Origin: Bigelowiella natans CCMP2755
Taxonomy: Eukaryota > Protista > Cercozoa
Reading direction: 5' to 3'
DNA length: 64,000 nucleotides
Assembly: GCA_000320545.1 (NCBI GenBank)
Contig: ADNK01002135.1
Span: 1-64,000, forward strand
Numbering within the stretch: the first letter of the stretch is position 1; each line of letters starts with the position of its first letter. Of the stretch, positions 50,374 through 61,618 are shown piece by piece. The notes beneath the pieces were generated by a model, which saw only the letters and a program-made list of their open reading frames with translations, did not search any database and was not told the origin of the DNA. A program made the position numbers and the translations under genes.

Positions 50374-50381
50374 CCTCCCCC
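50374..50381 (-). other. Polypurine tract (GGGGGAGG)
   Basis: Abuts the 3' LTR on the element's sense strand; a further purine run lies at ~50393-50417. Confidence 0.75.
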
Positions 50382-50424
50382 AAGTCACGTTGCTCCTTCC
50401 TTCCTTCCTTATTCCCTTAGACCT

Positions 50425-53400
50425 TCATCGCTTTCGGAACTTCACCAACCACCAGGTAATAGATTCCTCTCTAACCTTATCTCCTTTGTCGCTTACCCAG
50501 AACTCACCTTCGTCCTTAGGTTCGTGTCCATACCAGCCCTCTGCATCAAGGTCCCCCAGGACCTTATACCAGTGCTCAAAGGGTAAGTCGGGAACAGCTA
50601 GGTAGAGTAGCTGATATTTTCCGTCCTTTATTTTCATAGCTACCCTCTCCATATTTCGTAATCCAGGGTAGCCTAGATAGACAATCTTCATGCGCCAATC
50701 GTCGTTCACCCTGACCTTATTGTTTCCATATTCCACATCGAACTTAGGTCGGGGTCCTAAACAAGGCATTGCTCGCTCCCACACAGTAGGGTTTACTTTA
50801 ACATCCTCTAGGAGCTTCTCACCGATATCATAATTCTTTAGGTGACTGATGTGGCGCAAGGTGACCCTGTTCCCATCATAGATGTAGTACTGCTTCCTCC
50901 CCTTCCTCTCGGTAACCTTTGCAACGCCACCCCAGAAGGGGTCTTGTTTATTTCTCGATCTCAGATTTACCTTGGCCCTAACATACTGTCCTTCCTTTAG
51001 AACTCGGCCATCGTACGGGACCTTCTCGTCTTCGCTCTCGGTATCGTCGTCGTTGTCGTCGCCTTCTTCCCTCTCCTTATCCTTGATACCTCCCCCAGAC
51101 GTGAAGGTGTCGTTTACTAACCCTTGTATCTTGTCTGGTGTGGTGCTATTTATCCTGCTTAGGTTGGCCAAGGTGCGGTGGAGTCGCTCTACCTTGGAGT
51201 TGGACTGGGCATAGTATACAGGTGAGGCATCAATATTAGGGTGTGGTAGCTGTAGAAGAGAGGTCTCATTATCCACATGTAACTTCTTTGGTATCTTGTT
51301 TATGCTAACTTCATCAGGGATAGCCTGGAGCTCAGACTCCCAGGTACGGTAGCAGTTAGTAAGCCTCTGCTTATATAAGCCTTTGTTCTTCTTAGCAACG
51401 TTGACCTTGATAATCTTTTTAACCCAGCACTTTCCAGTGGCCACATCAACGAAGGTAAGGTAGTGATAGCCATCGTACTTATAAACATCAATTTGCACGA
51501 TATCTAAGAAGTTCCTTGCTTTGATTTTCTTAGATGCACGGCTCTTGCTGGACTCCTTGGTGGCGACGCCTGCCGCCTTCAAGCTGGAGCACCTGCAGCC
51601 ACGCAGGTATGTCCTTATCTCTTTTAGCTTGTAGGGCCAGTAGTAATGGTAGAGTAGAGCAGTGATATGGTTTTCTCCTACGTGTGCAGGTCCATGGGCG
51701 GTAAAGAGAAGGGCTCCCCTGGTCCGCCGTGGCACGTAGGTACGCCTAACATTATTAGTGTATACATATATCCTATCACTAAGTACCTCATGCTTGTGTT
51801 TGTATTTATCCAGGTGTTCTTGAAGGTGCTGGAGCTCCTCTGGCTCAGGCAGGAAGTCGCCGTCCTCGAAGGTAATCGCGTTAACCATAGGGGTGACCTG
51901 GGTAGGGACTTTCTTTTCGAACAGCCTGCTGAAATAGTCAGCAAGCTGCTTGTCTCCTGGTGCGTAGACCACTGTCCTCTTGTCCCTAAACTCTTCCGTG
52001 TCCGCCCTCATAGCTGCATACTCATCGTTAGGCGCTTCGAGCTTGCGGTCGATGCCTAGGAGGGGCTTGTGGTCAGTCATTAAGGTGAAGCTGGGCACCG
52101 ACAGCAGGTAGTATCTTAGTTTCCTCTGCGCCTCAGTCATGGCTTTATACTCTCCTTTTGTAGGGCTGTACTTGGCCTCAGCTGCTGTGCAGGCCCTGCC
52201 CCACACCCGTATGATCTGCTGGTCTTGGGTAAGTACAGCAGCCATACCTAGCTTAGACCAGTCTGTCCATAGGGTAGCTGGTCTAGTAGTGTCTAGCTTA
52301 GCATTCAATAGGGTGTTGCTGCATAACTTTATTAGGTTATCGAAGTGGGCATCAAGGCCAGCCTTGGCCCACACCTTAGCGAAGCTGAGGCCTACAGAGT
52401 TCTCCTTCCGGTAAGCAGTAGTAAAAGCAGCTGCAGTCCTAGCGTAGGTAGGGGAGAACCTACGTAGTATCCAAGCTGCAGTCTGCAAGAATGACTTTAA
52501 CTCCTTTGCATTCTTAGGTTTAGGGGCTTGCTGTAGTGCTGCTACTTTCTCGGGGTTTGGGGTGATGCGGCCTTGCTCCAGGTAATATCCACACCACTTG
52601 ATTCTTGTAGCTAGGAATGTACACTTCTGCAGTCTAATAGTAAAACCGAAGTGTGCAAACCTAATAAATATATTTTCCAGGAGGAAGATCTGAGCGACGA
52701 CTGTGTTGGTACATATTATGTCATCATCCACATACACAAACACAAACACCCACAACACAGACGCCATCCCATCATGTGTGTATGCCCTGTAGTTCTGACT
52801 ACTGAACGCATCCCCTGATATGCTTAGGCCGTAAGGGAATACGACGAAGTGCCACTTCCTGTGCCTGCTGGAGAACGCGGTAATGGGGCGGGAGGTTTTG
52901 TGGATGGGTGTCTGCATGTATGATTCATTTTTATCTAGGGAAGAGTAGTATTTGTATCCTATGACGTGTTCAATAACGTCATCTATCCTTGGTGTAGGTG
53001 TCTGGATCCTCTTTATTACTCGGTTGTGGCGGATGAAGTTGTGCGCCAGGCGGAAGAAAGGGTAAGTAGGTTTCTTAGCTAGCACATGTCTCACGTTCCA
53101 TGGTGAGTTGCTTGGCTCTATCTTCCCTTCCTTTGCCCATTCATTGATCTGCCACTCTATCTTTTCCCAGTCCGCTTCCGGTCGCCTATGTTCTGGGTCA
53201 TTGATGATGCACTCTTCGTATCCCTTCTTTAGCTCGATCTTTACTGGGGTAAGCTTGCTGGAGGGCTTCGTCGTCGGCTTGGTGATGTCAGAGTACTTCT
53301 CGTTTAATATTTTATTAATGTACTTTTTGCCTTTGTCGATATCCCAATCATCAGCTGGGGGGGTCTTGTCCAGTAGCTCCGTTATCTGTCGGATGGTCTT

Positions 53401-55398
53401 GCCGGGGTTCTTCTTCCGTAGCTCGGTAGGTGTAGGTAGCTTGTTGTCCGCTAGGTCCATAAACTCTAACGCATTAACGCTTGACTCAGAGGTCCACTCG
53501 TCAAGCCGTATCATGTTCTGGCTGATGGTCCTGCCTGACTTCTTTGGCAACTTAGCAAAGTATATCTTGTGATTGTAGAATGATATGATCCCCCCTAATT
53601 TTTCTAGGGCATCCTGTCCGAGGAGTAGTTCCATGGATAAAGTCATGGCTACTCGGGTCTTGATTTGGGTCTCCGCGTCGCTGCCAGGTATCTGTAGCTT
53701 TAGCATTAGCTCACCGACGGTCTTCATGGAAGAGCTTCCGTCTGCTTGAGCATATTTACGTTCTTTCTTAGTCACTTGATCCAATAGTCCTAACCTTCTT
53801 ACTGTGCTTAGGCTTATGAAGGACTTCGGCATGCTGCCACTATCCCAAAGGGCAGGTAGTTTCTTGTAGTCTCCGTAGCTGTCTTTAACTTTAACCTTGG
53901 TCATAGCAACTTTGATAGTCCTGTTAGCGTCTTCGTCATTAATGTTGCATACTCCTAAGTTCTTTATGTCGTCTAGGGTCATGGGCTTGTCTTGGTCCTG
54001 CGTTGCTGGTACTGCTGTCTTCGTCGGCGCCTGCTTAAGGTGATCTAATATTCCGTTTATCTGCTGCTGTATAGCATTGATACTGTTCTGCTTTTTGTTC
54101 TTATATTTATTGTTCTTCCCGTTGTTGCTGCCTTGCCATTTGCTGTTGTTATATCCTTGTCCTCTGCCTTTCTTTCTCTTTAACTTCTCGTAGTGTTCGT
54201 TGAGCTGCCTGATCGTCATCCTGGGTCGTCCTTCTTTCCTGTCTCTGCAGTCTTTAGCGGTGTGTTTCCCTTTACGTGAGCAGTATCCGCAACGTCGGTT
54301 ACCTTCCCTGTCCTTGTACCAGTCTCGCTGCGGCTTAATAGCGTTAATGTTTCCTATGCCAGGTACCTTAGGGCTGGTAAACTTGCGGTCCTGCTCCTGC
54401 TCGCGTAGGGATATAGCCTGCACTGCTGCCTCCATCGTGGTGTAGCCTTTCTCCGTAACGTAAGTGGATTCCTTTATCTTTAACTTGAACTCTTCAAACC
54501 TTGCCTGATCATCACCTGTGTTGTAATTAAAATCATGTAGTTCGTCGATCATATCCTGGAAGCGCGTGGCAAAGTCTCTAACAGGTTCTCTCTCATGCTG
54601 CATCATTGCTCTGTATTTTCTAATAGCCTGGGGTAGGGAGTTAGCATCCTGTTCATTTACAAAAGCCTTCATTATCGCCTCAACGTCTCGTAGCCCACTA
54701 ACTGTAGTGTGTATTTTCTCTAGCTGCCTGATCCGGGTCCTGCCTGTCTCGTAAAGGTCCATGGCTTGCTTTATTATAGCTAGCCATTTGAGCTTGTCGT
54801 TTTCGGTGGGGTTAGGGGTAAAGTCGCAGAGTATACTCCTAGCGTTCTTCCACCACCTCCTTGCCTCACCTCTTTTCCCGTTGTATTTCGTTATCATAAC
54901 CGGTGCTGTTTTAACAGACATGAACTGGGTGTTCCGCTGTACCGGCTGCTGCTGCTTGACGGTGCTCTGGGTCGTCCCCCGCGAGGCGCCCAGACCCCCG
55001 TCGTTCCTAAACAAAGCTGCCCACTCTGGAGGTAAGTCTGCTTCGTAATCCATGATGTCCTGCATGATAGCTGCCCAAACATCATGTGTCTGATACTTGT
55101 ATTCTATCGATACTTTCAGTTTGGCGTAGTTGCTCGCCCTGGGTCGCAAGGCTCGTAATGCCATTACGACCTTCTTGCTTTCGGCGGCCACGTCCTCGTC
55201 GTCCGCCTCGTAGAAGTTCTCCAGTGCCTCTGCTGCTGCATCTGCTTTCTTAATCCCGGGTGCTGGTCCCGGCGGTGCCTGTGGAGGTGTTCCTCCTCCT
55301 TCCTTAGCGTCCGTATCGCCCTTCCTTTCCTGTTTCTGCTCGTGCCCTTGCACGGCCTGCGAGCCAAAGTCCTGCTGTTCTTCTAGCTGCTGTGACAT
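50425..55398 (-). CDS. Single-ORF Gag-Pol polyprotein (1657 aa) with an extra C-terminal domain
   Basis: Zn knuckle CGYCSRKGKHTAKDC; protease LWDSGS; RT PYGL and YVDD; RNase H TDWS..GE..TDHKPL..ADYFSR; integrase HHCC + D,D,E (QIDV, HVDNE, QSNSKVER); GPY/F-like segment. Confidence 0.96.
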   Translation of the reverse strand: MSQQLEEQQDFGSQAVQGHEQKQERKGDTDAKEGGGTPPQAPPGPAPGIKKADAAAEALENFYEADDEDVAAESKKVVMALRALRPRASNYAKLKVSIEYKYQTHDVWAAIMQDIMDYEADLPPEWAALFRNDGGLGASRGTTQSTVKQQQPVQRNTQFMSVKTAPVMITKYNGKRGEARRWWKNARSILCDFTPNPTENDKLKWLAIIKQAMDLYETGRTRIRQLEKIHTTVSGLRDVEAIMKAFVNEQDANSLPQAIRKYRAMMQHEREPVRDFATRFQDMIDELHDFNYNTGDDQARFEEFKLKIKESTYVTEKGYTTMEAAVQAISLREQEQDRKFTSPKVPGIGNINAIKPQRDWYKDREGNRRCGYCSRKGKHTAKDCRDRKEGRPRMTIRQLNEHYEKLKRKKGRGQGYNNSKWQGSNNGKNNKYKNKKQNSINAIQQQINGILDHLKQAPTKTAVPATQDQDKPMTLDDIKNLGVCNINDEDANRTIKVAMTKVKVKDSYGDYKKLPALWDSGSMPKSFISLSTVRRLGLLDQVTKKERKYAQADGSSSMKTVGELMLKLQIPGSDAETQIKTRVAMTLSMELLLGQDALEKLGGIISFYNHKIYFAKLPKKSGRTISQNMIRLDEWTSESSVNALEFMDLADNKLPTPTELRKKNPGKTIRQITELLDKTPPADDWDIDKGKKYINKILNEKYSDITKPTTKPSSKLTPVKIELKKGYEECIINDPEHRRPEADWEKIEWQINEWAKEGKIEPSNSPWNVRHVLAKKPTYPFFRLAHNFIRHNRVIKRIQTPTPRIDDVIEHVIGYKYYSSLDKNESYMQTPIHKTSRPITAFSSRHRKWHFVVFPYGLSISGDAFSSQNYRAYTHDGMASVLWVFVFVYVDDDIICTNTVVAQIFLLENIFIRFAHFGFTIRLQKCTFLATRIKWCGYYLEQGRITPNPEKVAALQQAPKPKNAKELKSFLQTAAWILRRFSPTYARTAAAFTTAYRKENSVGLSFAKVWAKAGLDAHFDNLIKLCSNTLLNAKLDTTRPATLWTDWSKLGMAAVLTQDQQIIRVWGRACTAAEAKYSPTKGEYKAMTEAQRKLRYYLLSVPSFTLMTDHKPLLGIDRKLEAPNDEYAAMRADTEEFRDKRTVVYAPGDKQLADYFSRLFEKKVPTQVTPMVNAITFEDGDFLPEPEELQHLQEHLDKYKHKHEVLSDRIYVYTNNVRRTYVPRRTRGALLFTAHGPAHVGENHITALLYHYYWPYKLKEIRTYLRGCRCSSLKAAGVATKESSKSRASKKIKARNFLDIVQIDVYKYDGYHYLTFVDVATGKCWVKKIIKVNVAKKNKGLYKQRLTNCYRTWESELQAIPDEVSINKIPKKLHVDNETSLLQLPHPNIDASPVYYAQSNSKVERLHRTLANLSRINSTTPDKIQGLVNDTFTSGGGIKDKEREEGDDNDDDTESEDEKVPYDGRVLKEGQYVRAKVNLRSRNKQDPFWGGVAKVTERKGRKQYYIYDGNRVTLRHISHLKNYDIGEKLLEDVKVNPTVWERAMPCLGPRPKFDVEYGNNKVRVNDDWRMKIVYLGYPGLRNMERVAMKIKDGKYQLLYLAVPDLPFEHWYKVLGDLDAEGWYGHEPKDEGEFWVSDKGDKVREESITWWLVKFRKR

Positions 55399-55415
55399 TG
55401 TTAGTCAAATCGTTT

Positions 55416-55432
55416 CCCGTGTGTGGAAGCCA
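55416..55432 (-). other. Primer-binding site (TGGCTTCCACACACGGG)
   Basis: Starts with TGG, 5 nt inside the 5' LTR. Complementary to a tRNA 3' end ...TGTGGAAGCCA; the tRNA was not identified. Confidence 0.7.
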
Positions 55433-55437
55433 AAGGT

Positions 55438-55763
55438 TGTTGCGCGTAAGGTGTTCACAGGCCGAGGCGCTACGTGCACAAGTAGGCAGGGGGGGGGAAA
55501 GGCACGTTTGCTTCCTTTTGAAGAGTTGTGTTTATTTTTATTAAAGATTATATTTTTATTAAATCGTGCACTGCGTAATCATTCGCGAAGCTTTCGCGAA
55601 TGCCGCCGCACGTGGGGCAGCACACTTCCGGTGTGCTGCCATGAGTCCCGCCGGAACCCACGTGCCTATGCTGTATTAATATCTACGTTATCTATATTCT
55701 ATATCCGCGACAACCCCTTTGTTGTCGCACGTGACTTGTGCCCGCGTAGTGGTACGCGCTACA
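55438..55763 (-). repeat. 5' LTR
   Basis: Direct repeat of 50048-50373, followed on the element strand by the PBS and the gag ATG. Confidence 0.95.
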
Positions 55764-56397
55764 ACACGCACACGTGTCCTGGCAATGATGGACATGCAAT
55801 GTGTTGCATGCATGTCATGCACATCATGTTGCTGTGTCCATCATGGCAAAGCACAAGTGCTGCGTGCGCTGTCATGCGTCCACTTTGATCCAGTCATGAC
55901 ACACGAACACACGGCCAGGCATGTGCACAGGCACACACACAATGACCACGTGCAAACCAAGACTGTCCACAAGACTGCAACGTGTCGCAGCTCCGCAGCT
56001 CGTTGTTTGGGAAAACAAGTGTCCTCGGGCACAACACTGTGATCCAAGTGAGCAAAGCTGTTTGTGTTTGAATGAATGAACGATTCAACAGGTGCGGTGG
56101 AAGGGATCATCCGCAACCAAATTGCGCTTGATTGATTCCAACATTGTCAAAAACAAGAGATGCTCGCGCGCAAAGTTTGTGCGACAAACCATCACAATCA
56201 AAACGAAGAGACTTTTGCGTAACCGGTAGCACAAATTCAATTTGCAGGGGGTACACCTGAAAGCAGGACCATGCGGTCGTTAACGTCCCCTTTCTCAACC
56301 ACTCGACAGCCTTTCTGGTCAATTCTTAGGTGAAAATGCCCTTTCATTTTGTACAAACTTTGTGTTCATACCGAGAGCAAATTGAGCGTACACTGTC

Positions 56398-58594
56398 ATG
56401 GCACTGACGGCCAGCGTGATCTCCGATTCTATCCGGTGCAGCTTTGCCATTGTGGCAATATTTATACTCGCTGTTCAAATTAAGGAGAGGAAAGAAGGCA
56501 GAACTGTCTCATGGAGAATCCATTGGTATTTGGAGATTCAATTCTACGTGTGATCGTTTACAGGACGTACAATCCTTCATTGAACATTTACAATCTAAGG
56601 TTTTCACTAGGAGGATTGATCCTGAATTTCATAGCTTTCTTGGGTCACCGTAGACCAATTAATTTTCCGTGGCAACTCACAGCTTTCTGTTATGCGGCCG
56701 CAACGGTGATTTGAGCTCGTCTGTACCCCTCAGCAAAAATAAAACACGTGATATTTTCCCAGGCACAATTATTTCTTACCTTTCTATACCTTGCTTTTGT
56801 GGTAACCGTGGCAAACTACAAAGCTTGCAAGATGTCCGATTTGTTGGTAAGTTTTTTGGAAGAGAGTGGACACAAGTTTCACGCATTGATTGATGCATTG
56901 TTTCTCCCTACTCCCTACGGCAGCCGAGATTCCTTGCTCCAGCATTCCAGCTTTTGGTAGTCCGTTCATTTTTTCCAAATGAAACATAGAAATGAAATGT
57001 GAAGGGGCCTATCCTTTCTCTCTTCATCCCTCCTTAATTTCCTGATTCTCATCAGGCTGTGCTGTTCGTCCTCGTCCAGATTGTGTGTATCCTTGGTGGC
57101 GTATTCACCAACAAAATCGTTTTCTGGGCGTGCCGTGCAATTGTGAACTTTTTCGCCACTCTTCTTCTAACAGCATTGTTCGAACATGCGATGATTGGGC
57201 TTCTACTCCACGCAAAGAAATCCTTCCCTAGGCACTGGGAAGGTCAGGAGATTGCGGGCTACAATCCAGATGGGTCGCGGGTGGATGCAAGCTCGAAGAG
57301 CAGCAGGAAGAACAGAAATAAACATAAGAAGATATGGACATGGGGAAAGCAACAGGAGGTGCAAGTTCAATCTCCTCCGCCCTCAGTGTGGCTTCCAAGC
57401 CAGCAGCCTGGTTCCATCCTATCTCCATCGCACAACAAAGCGAAGTTGGGCGGTGAGACTGATGCCAAAGGTAACGCCTGCCAAGAGGTAAAGCAAGAGG
57501 AAGAGAGCGCAAGTAGCAAAAACAATAAATCCATGCTGGGGAGGAGCGGCAGCAGTAGCTGCAGGTGGCGTAGCCCAAGGGCGACGACGACAACGAATAC
57601 TACAACGACGACCACCACACCAACGACCATAATAGGAGACATCATGCACGTCGAAAATCCTACTACTACGACCAGCGCTATTCCCACAGAGAACAGCAAC
57701 TGCAGCACTGCTGAGATGAGCCGCGCGACAACAGCAACAACGATGACTCCTAACCTGACAAAGCACCTCAGCTCAAATAGCCTCGATAAAGTGTTGGACT
57801 TCTCCGTGGGCATGATTCAAAATTCATCCTCAGTGAAGCTAAGCCACCATGGCACCGACCAACACACTCAGCATCAGCAGCAGCTTTCATGCGAGCTCTT
57901 GGGCAGCAGCGAAAGCAATAGTAAGACAAGGAATAAAATAAAAAGGAATCAGCCTGGTGACAATAATGAGGATGCAGATGACAGGGAGGATAATGTGGAA
58001 GTTGTTAATGCTTTTAAAGACATGAAATCTCAAGGATTTTCGTTACATTCGCCTCACCCATTCCATAATAACACTCCTGCAGAATCTTTAGTGTTTGTTC
58101 GAGAGAATAAAGTGAAAAACAAGATTTCCCACGTGAAAATCAACGCCGTGGCTCTAGCCAATGTAAGAGCCCGAAGGCGAAAGCGAAAGGTTCATCTCGT
58201 ATATGTAGCCTGTCCCTAAGTACTCATTTCATAATTTTCCTTCCCCATGTTATTTGCATTTTGAGAAAGTTTGAATTCTATTTAGGGGAAAGAAATCGCA
58301 GCTTTAAGGAAGATTGTGCTGTGCATCGTGTTCGGATTCGTTTTGGGTGCATTTTCGTCCGTCTTTTCATTTTTCCTTTTCTTGCGGTGGAGCGGATACG
58401 ATGGCGACAACGACAAGGAGGATGTCTCAAGTATTTACACTGGAAACTCTACCTTTAACCCAGCAGAAGATGCCGCAACATATACCAACATTCTTGGCTG
58501 GTACTACTTGTTGTGGTACTCGTGGACGATCAAGTGCAATAGCGAGTGGTTGCGAGTGAGAAGATCAGGCTCAAGAGGTAGAAGTACGCATTAA
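56398..58594 (+). CDS. Multi-pass (7TM/GPCR-like topology) membrane protein with a long S/T-rich loop before the last two helices, multi-exon
   Basis: Hydrophobic segments CSFAIVAIFILAV, AQLFLTFLYLAFVVTV, LFVLVQIVCILGGVF, AIVNFFATLLLTALF, a ~330-aa polar loop, IVLCIVFGFVLGAFSSVFSFFLFL and NILGWYYLLWYSW. Confidence 0.65.
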
Positions 58595-59447
58595 ATTTGC
58601 AACTATGGATGATGAGATCAAGACTTTCAATAAAACGCTTGAGCTGCTTCTCATTCCCCTCCAACCTGCAATGGTAGCAACAATATGATCAGCACAATGG
58701 GAATTTTACCCTTTTTCATTTTGGACATGTATTTGATTTGATAACTGATGCATACAATTAAAAATTAAAGTGATAAATCGAAACATAGTAATAACACCAT
58801 CGAAAATAATGTAATTTTAAGATACATGGCCACATTAAAAGATCAGGCAAACATTGTAGCTGCCGCGTTATGCGTGCAAGTGCAAAGATTTTATTAGCAT
58901 GTAATATGAACTTCATTAGATGCCTTTTGATTAAACGGTCGTGAGCATTAGTTTTGTCCTTTAGTATGCAACATCAAGGCTAGGTGTGTGTCATTTAGGG
59001 CATGCGCGCAACACATGCATGTGTTCCAGATATGGGATTGTAAACATTTATTGTTTAGATGTAGAACAATACGCACGTCCACAACTCGGTCAACGTGCTA
59101 GCGTGGCTAGATTGCACGATGCGTGATCGCGGGCCCACTCTAGCACTGTGTGCATGGCTGCATGCCCATCGCGGTGATATGAGGCAATGATCACATCATC
59201 AGTACCATTTTTCAACACAACTCTAGACGTTACAGATTAAGCCACGTCGTGATCGCATACATGGACATCGACCGCCATGCCTAGATGCTTCAAATGTCTA
59301 TTGTGATCTGCATTTAAGATGCGTAGGTTTCGCCCGTTAAAGCCATTATTTGGTGAGGGAAACCGAGAGTTAGCTCTCCAAATTTAATTTCAAGATGGCA
59401 TAGGAGAACGATTGCTGTGGAGTATGAAGGATTTTCGCGGTTCTTCG

Positions 59448-61574
59448 CTATTCCTCCGCTTCTTGCCAGCACTTCCACTTCTTGATGTACTGATCATCGT
59501 TGTAATCAGGTACAGTTGGCACCTTTCCACCATTAAGATCTGCCATCGCATTTATCCATTCCATGTCTGTAAGCCCTGACTTACACTTATTGGAGCCTTC
59601 CGATAATTTAGTGCAAGCTGGAAACGCGTAAATATCGCTCTTGTGAACCGCCTGTCAAATTAGTTGGAGTGGGGAATGAAAATGGTGAAGTTGTTCCAGA
59701 CTCAAATCTAATCAATGCCTCTGTAGGTTTTTAAATTTCTTGTCTTCTCCACAAGTGCTTACGACTAGATCTACTCTATTTGCGAGCAGTACTACAGAAG
59801 AGAAGGAAATGTATTCCTTATCCCGTTTCTACATTTTCCCCTACATAGCTACTACCTCTGCGCAGTTCTCTTTATCGTCATCAAATAACACAATGCTGCG
59901 GCTTCTCAGATTCGTGCCATGTTCATGCTCCCAGGCCGCCTTTAACTGATTGATTACAGAAAGTGATACTGAGATAATGTAACGCTGAAATCTTTACTTG
60001 CCAATGCTTCTTAGCCTCTTAACGTACAATGGCAGAGTGTTATCCACAGTCGATGATAGTTGATGCAAAGCATGCAATAACATAAAAAATCCAGTTAGCC
60101 GAACTTTGCGCTCGCAAGCTGCTAGTCCACCCCCCCCCCCCTCCACGCCGACAAAGTTACATTGTTAATATGCTCAGTTTTAAAGCACTGCTTGCGGTCT
60201 TCTTCGGGCACACTCAGGATGTTGTGGTAGCTCGGATTAAGCCCATATATCATGATCTTGTCAGTCTGTAGTAGACAAGGTCGAGGGTCACGCATGAACA
60301 AACACATCGCTACGGTGAGAAAGAGAGGGGGGAAGAGAAGCAAGAAAAAGGAGTTGCCGGGTAGTATACAACGTCATGCAGCCGCAAACGTATTCCCAAT
60401 TGCATCGCTGCTGTTGAAGGCTGGTCACAGAGAACAACGTCTTTTGCAACTATTTCATTTGAAAATAATCAATTACCTCAGCTTTGGTGAGGGCGGGGTT
60501 GTCTCCAGTAGTGAACACCAACTCTAATATTCCTCGAATAAATTCCTTCCCGGCTCCTATCTGAGCAGAAGGCAGACACCCAATATACAAATGAGCACAG
60601 GTAAATGATCATCGCTCGAGGCATTTAAGAGGCGAGGGGGCTTCTCACTACAACACCTTTGCCTGCCGGAGCCACGGCGCGGTCTCGTAGAGTTTATCAT
60701 CGGAGTACGTGGCGATCCCAACCTGTATGTATGTAGGCCCGATAACAAGGTTGATATGATGTAGTAGTTTGTTATTGTTGGAGGAGGACGAGGTGGAGGC
60801 AAGGCATGTCGTACTGAGGAATACATACATACATCCTGCGATCGCAGCAGTTCACCGGTGTTCAATGACTGATGGTCTCGTTGTGCTCCGAAGGGTGCTA
60901 TTACTCCTACTTTCAGCTGTGGCTACTATTACTACTATTACTACTACTACTACTACTACTACTACACACTTCTTTACCGAGAAACCGCTCTTAATGAGCT
61001 TCGGGACGACTTTCGTGAAAGTTGACGACCTAATGAGGAGGAGATTGAACATTTATGCATTTTCACGGCAGCGACTATTATGTGCTGCTGCTGATGATGA
61101 TGATGATGTGTTGATGGTGTCTACAATGATATGGAAGGAGGTTATCAAGGTTGCAAAGTATCAGATTTCATTTCAGTCTGAATATTTGATCTAATTCTAC
61201 ATTGAATTAGCGGACACTTATTATTACTAGTACTGATCATAAGAGTATATTTCTAGAATATGTGATTTAGATTCCGTAAGGAACATCATTCGCCAAGAAA
61301 ACGCAGATAATTTGCCCTGCAGCAGGGTTCGAATCATCGGTATTTTCAAGCACGGTAAATAATAAATTGCAGCCAGGCCGTTATTTTGTGGTATTAAAAG
61401 TAGTTTGTCATCATCTTCTGGTGTACATTTTGCCGCCAAGACCTCGTAGTCCGATTTCCAATTACCTATTAATTAGGGCGTTGAGCAGCAATAGTGGAGA
61501 AGATGATGATTAAAAGATGCTGCGATGATACTAAAAGGGTAATCCATCGGACACGCACGCACACACGCAGATAC

Positions 61575-61618
<44 letters not shown>

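Larger units (their letters stand above)
50048..55763 (-). mobile_element. Full-length Ty3/Gypsy-type LTR retrotransposon, 5716 bp
   Basis: 326-bp direct repeats with TG...CA ends; 4-bp TSD ACAC (50044-47 and 55764-67); PBS and PPT; domain order gag-PR-RT-RH-IN. Confidence 0.97.

Noticed and set aside
50022-50420. 132-aa and 155-aa + strand ORFs at 50022 and 55421
   Set aside because: Antisense readings of the LTRs with no recognisable protein features.
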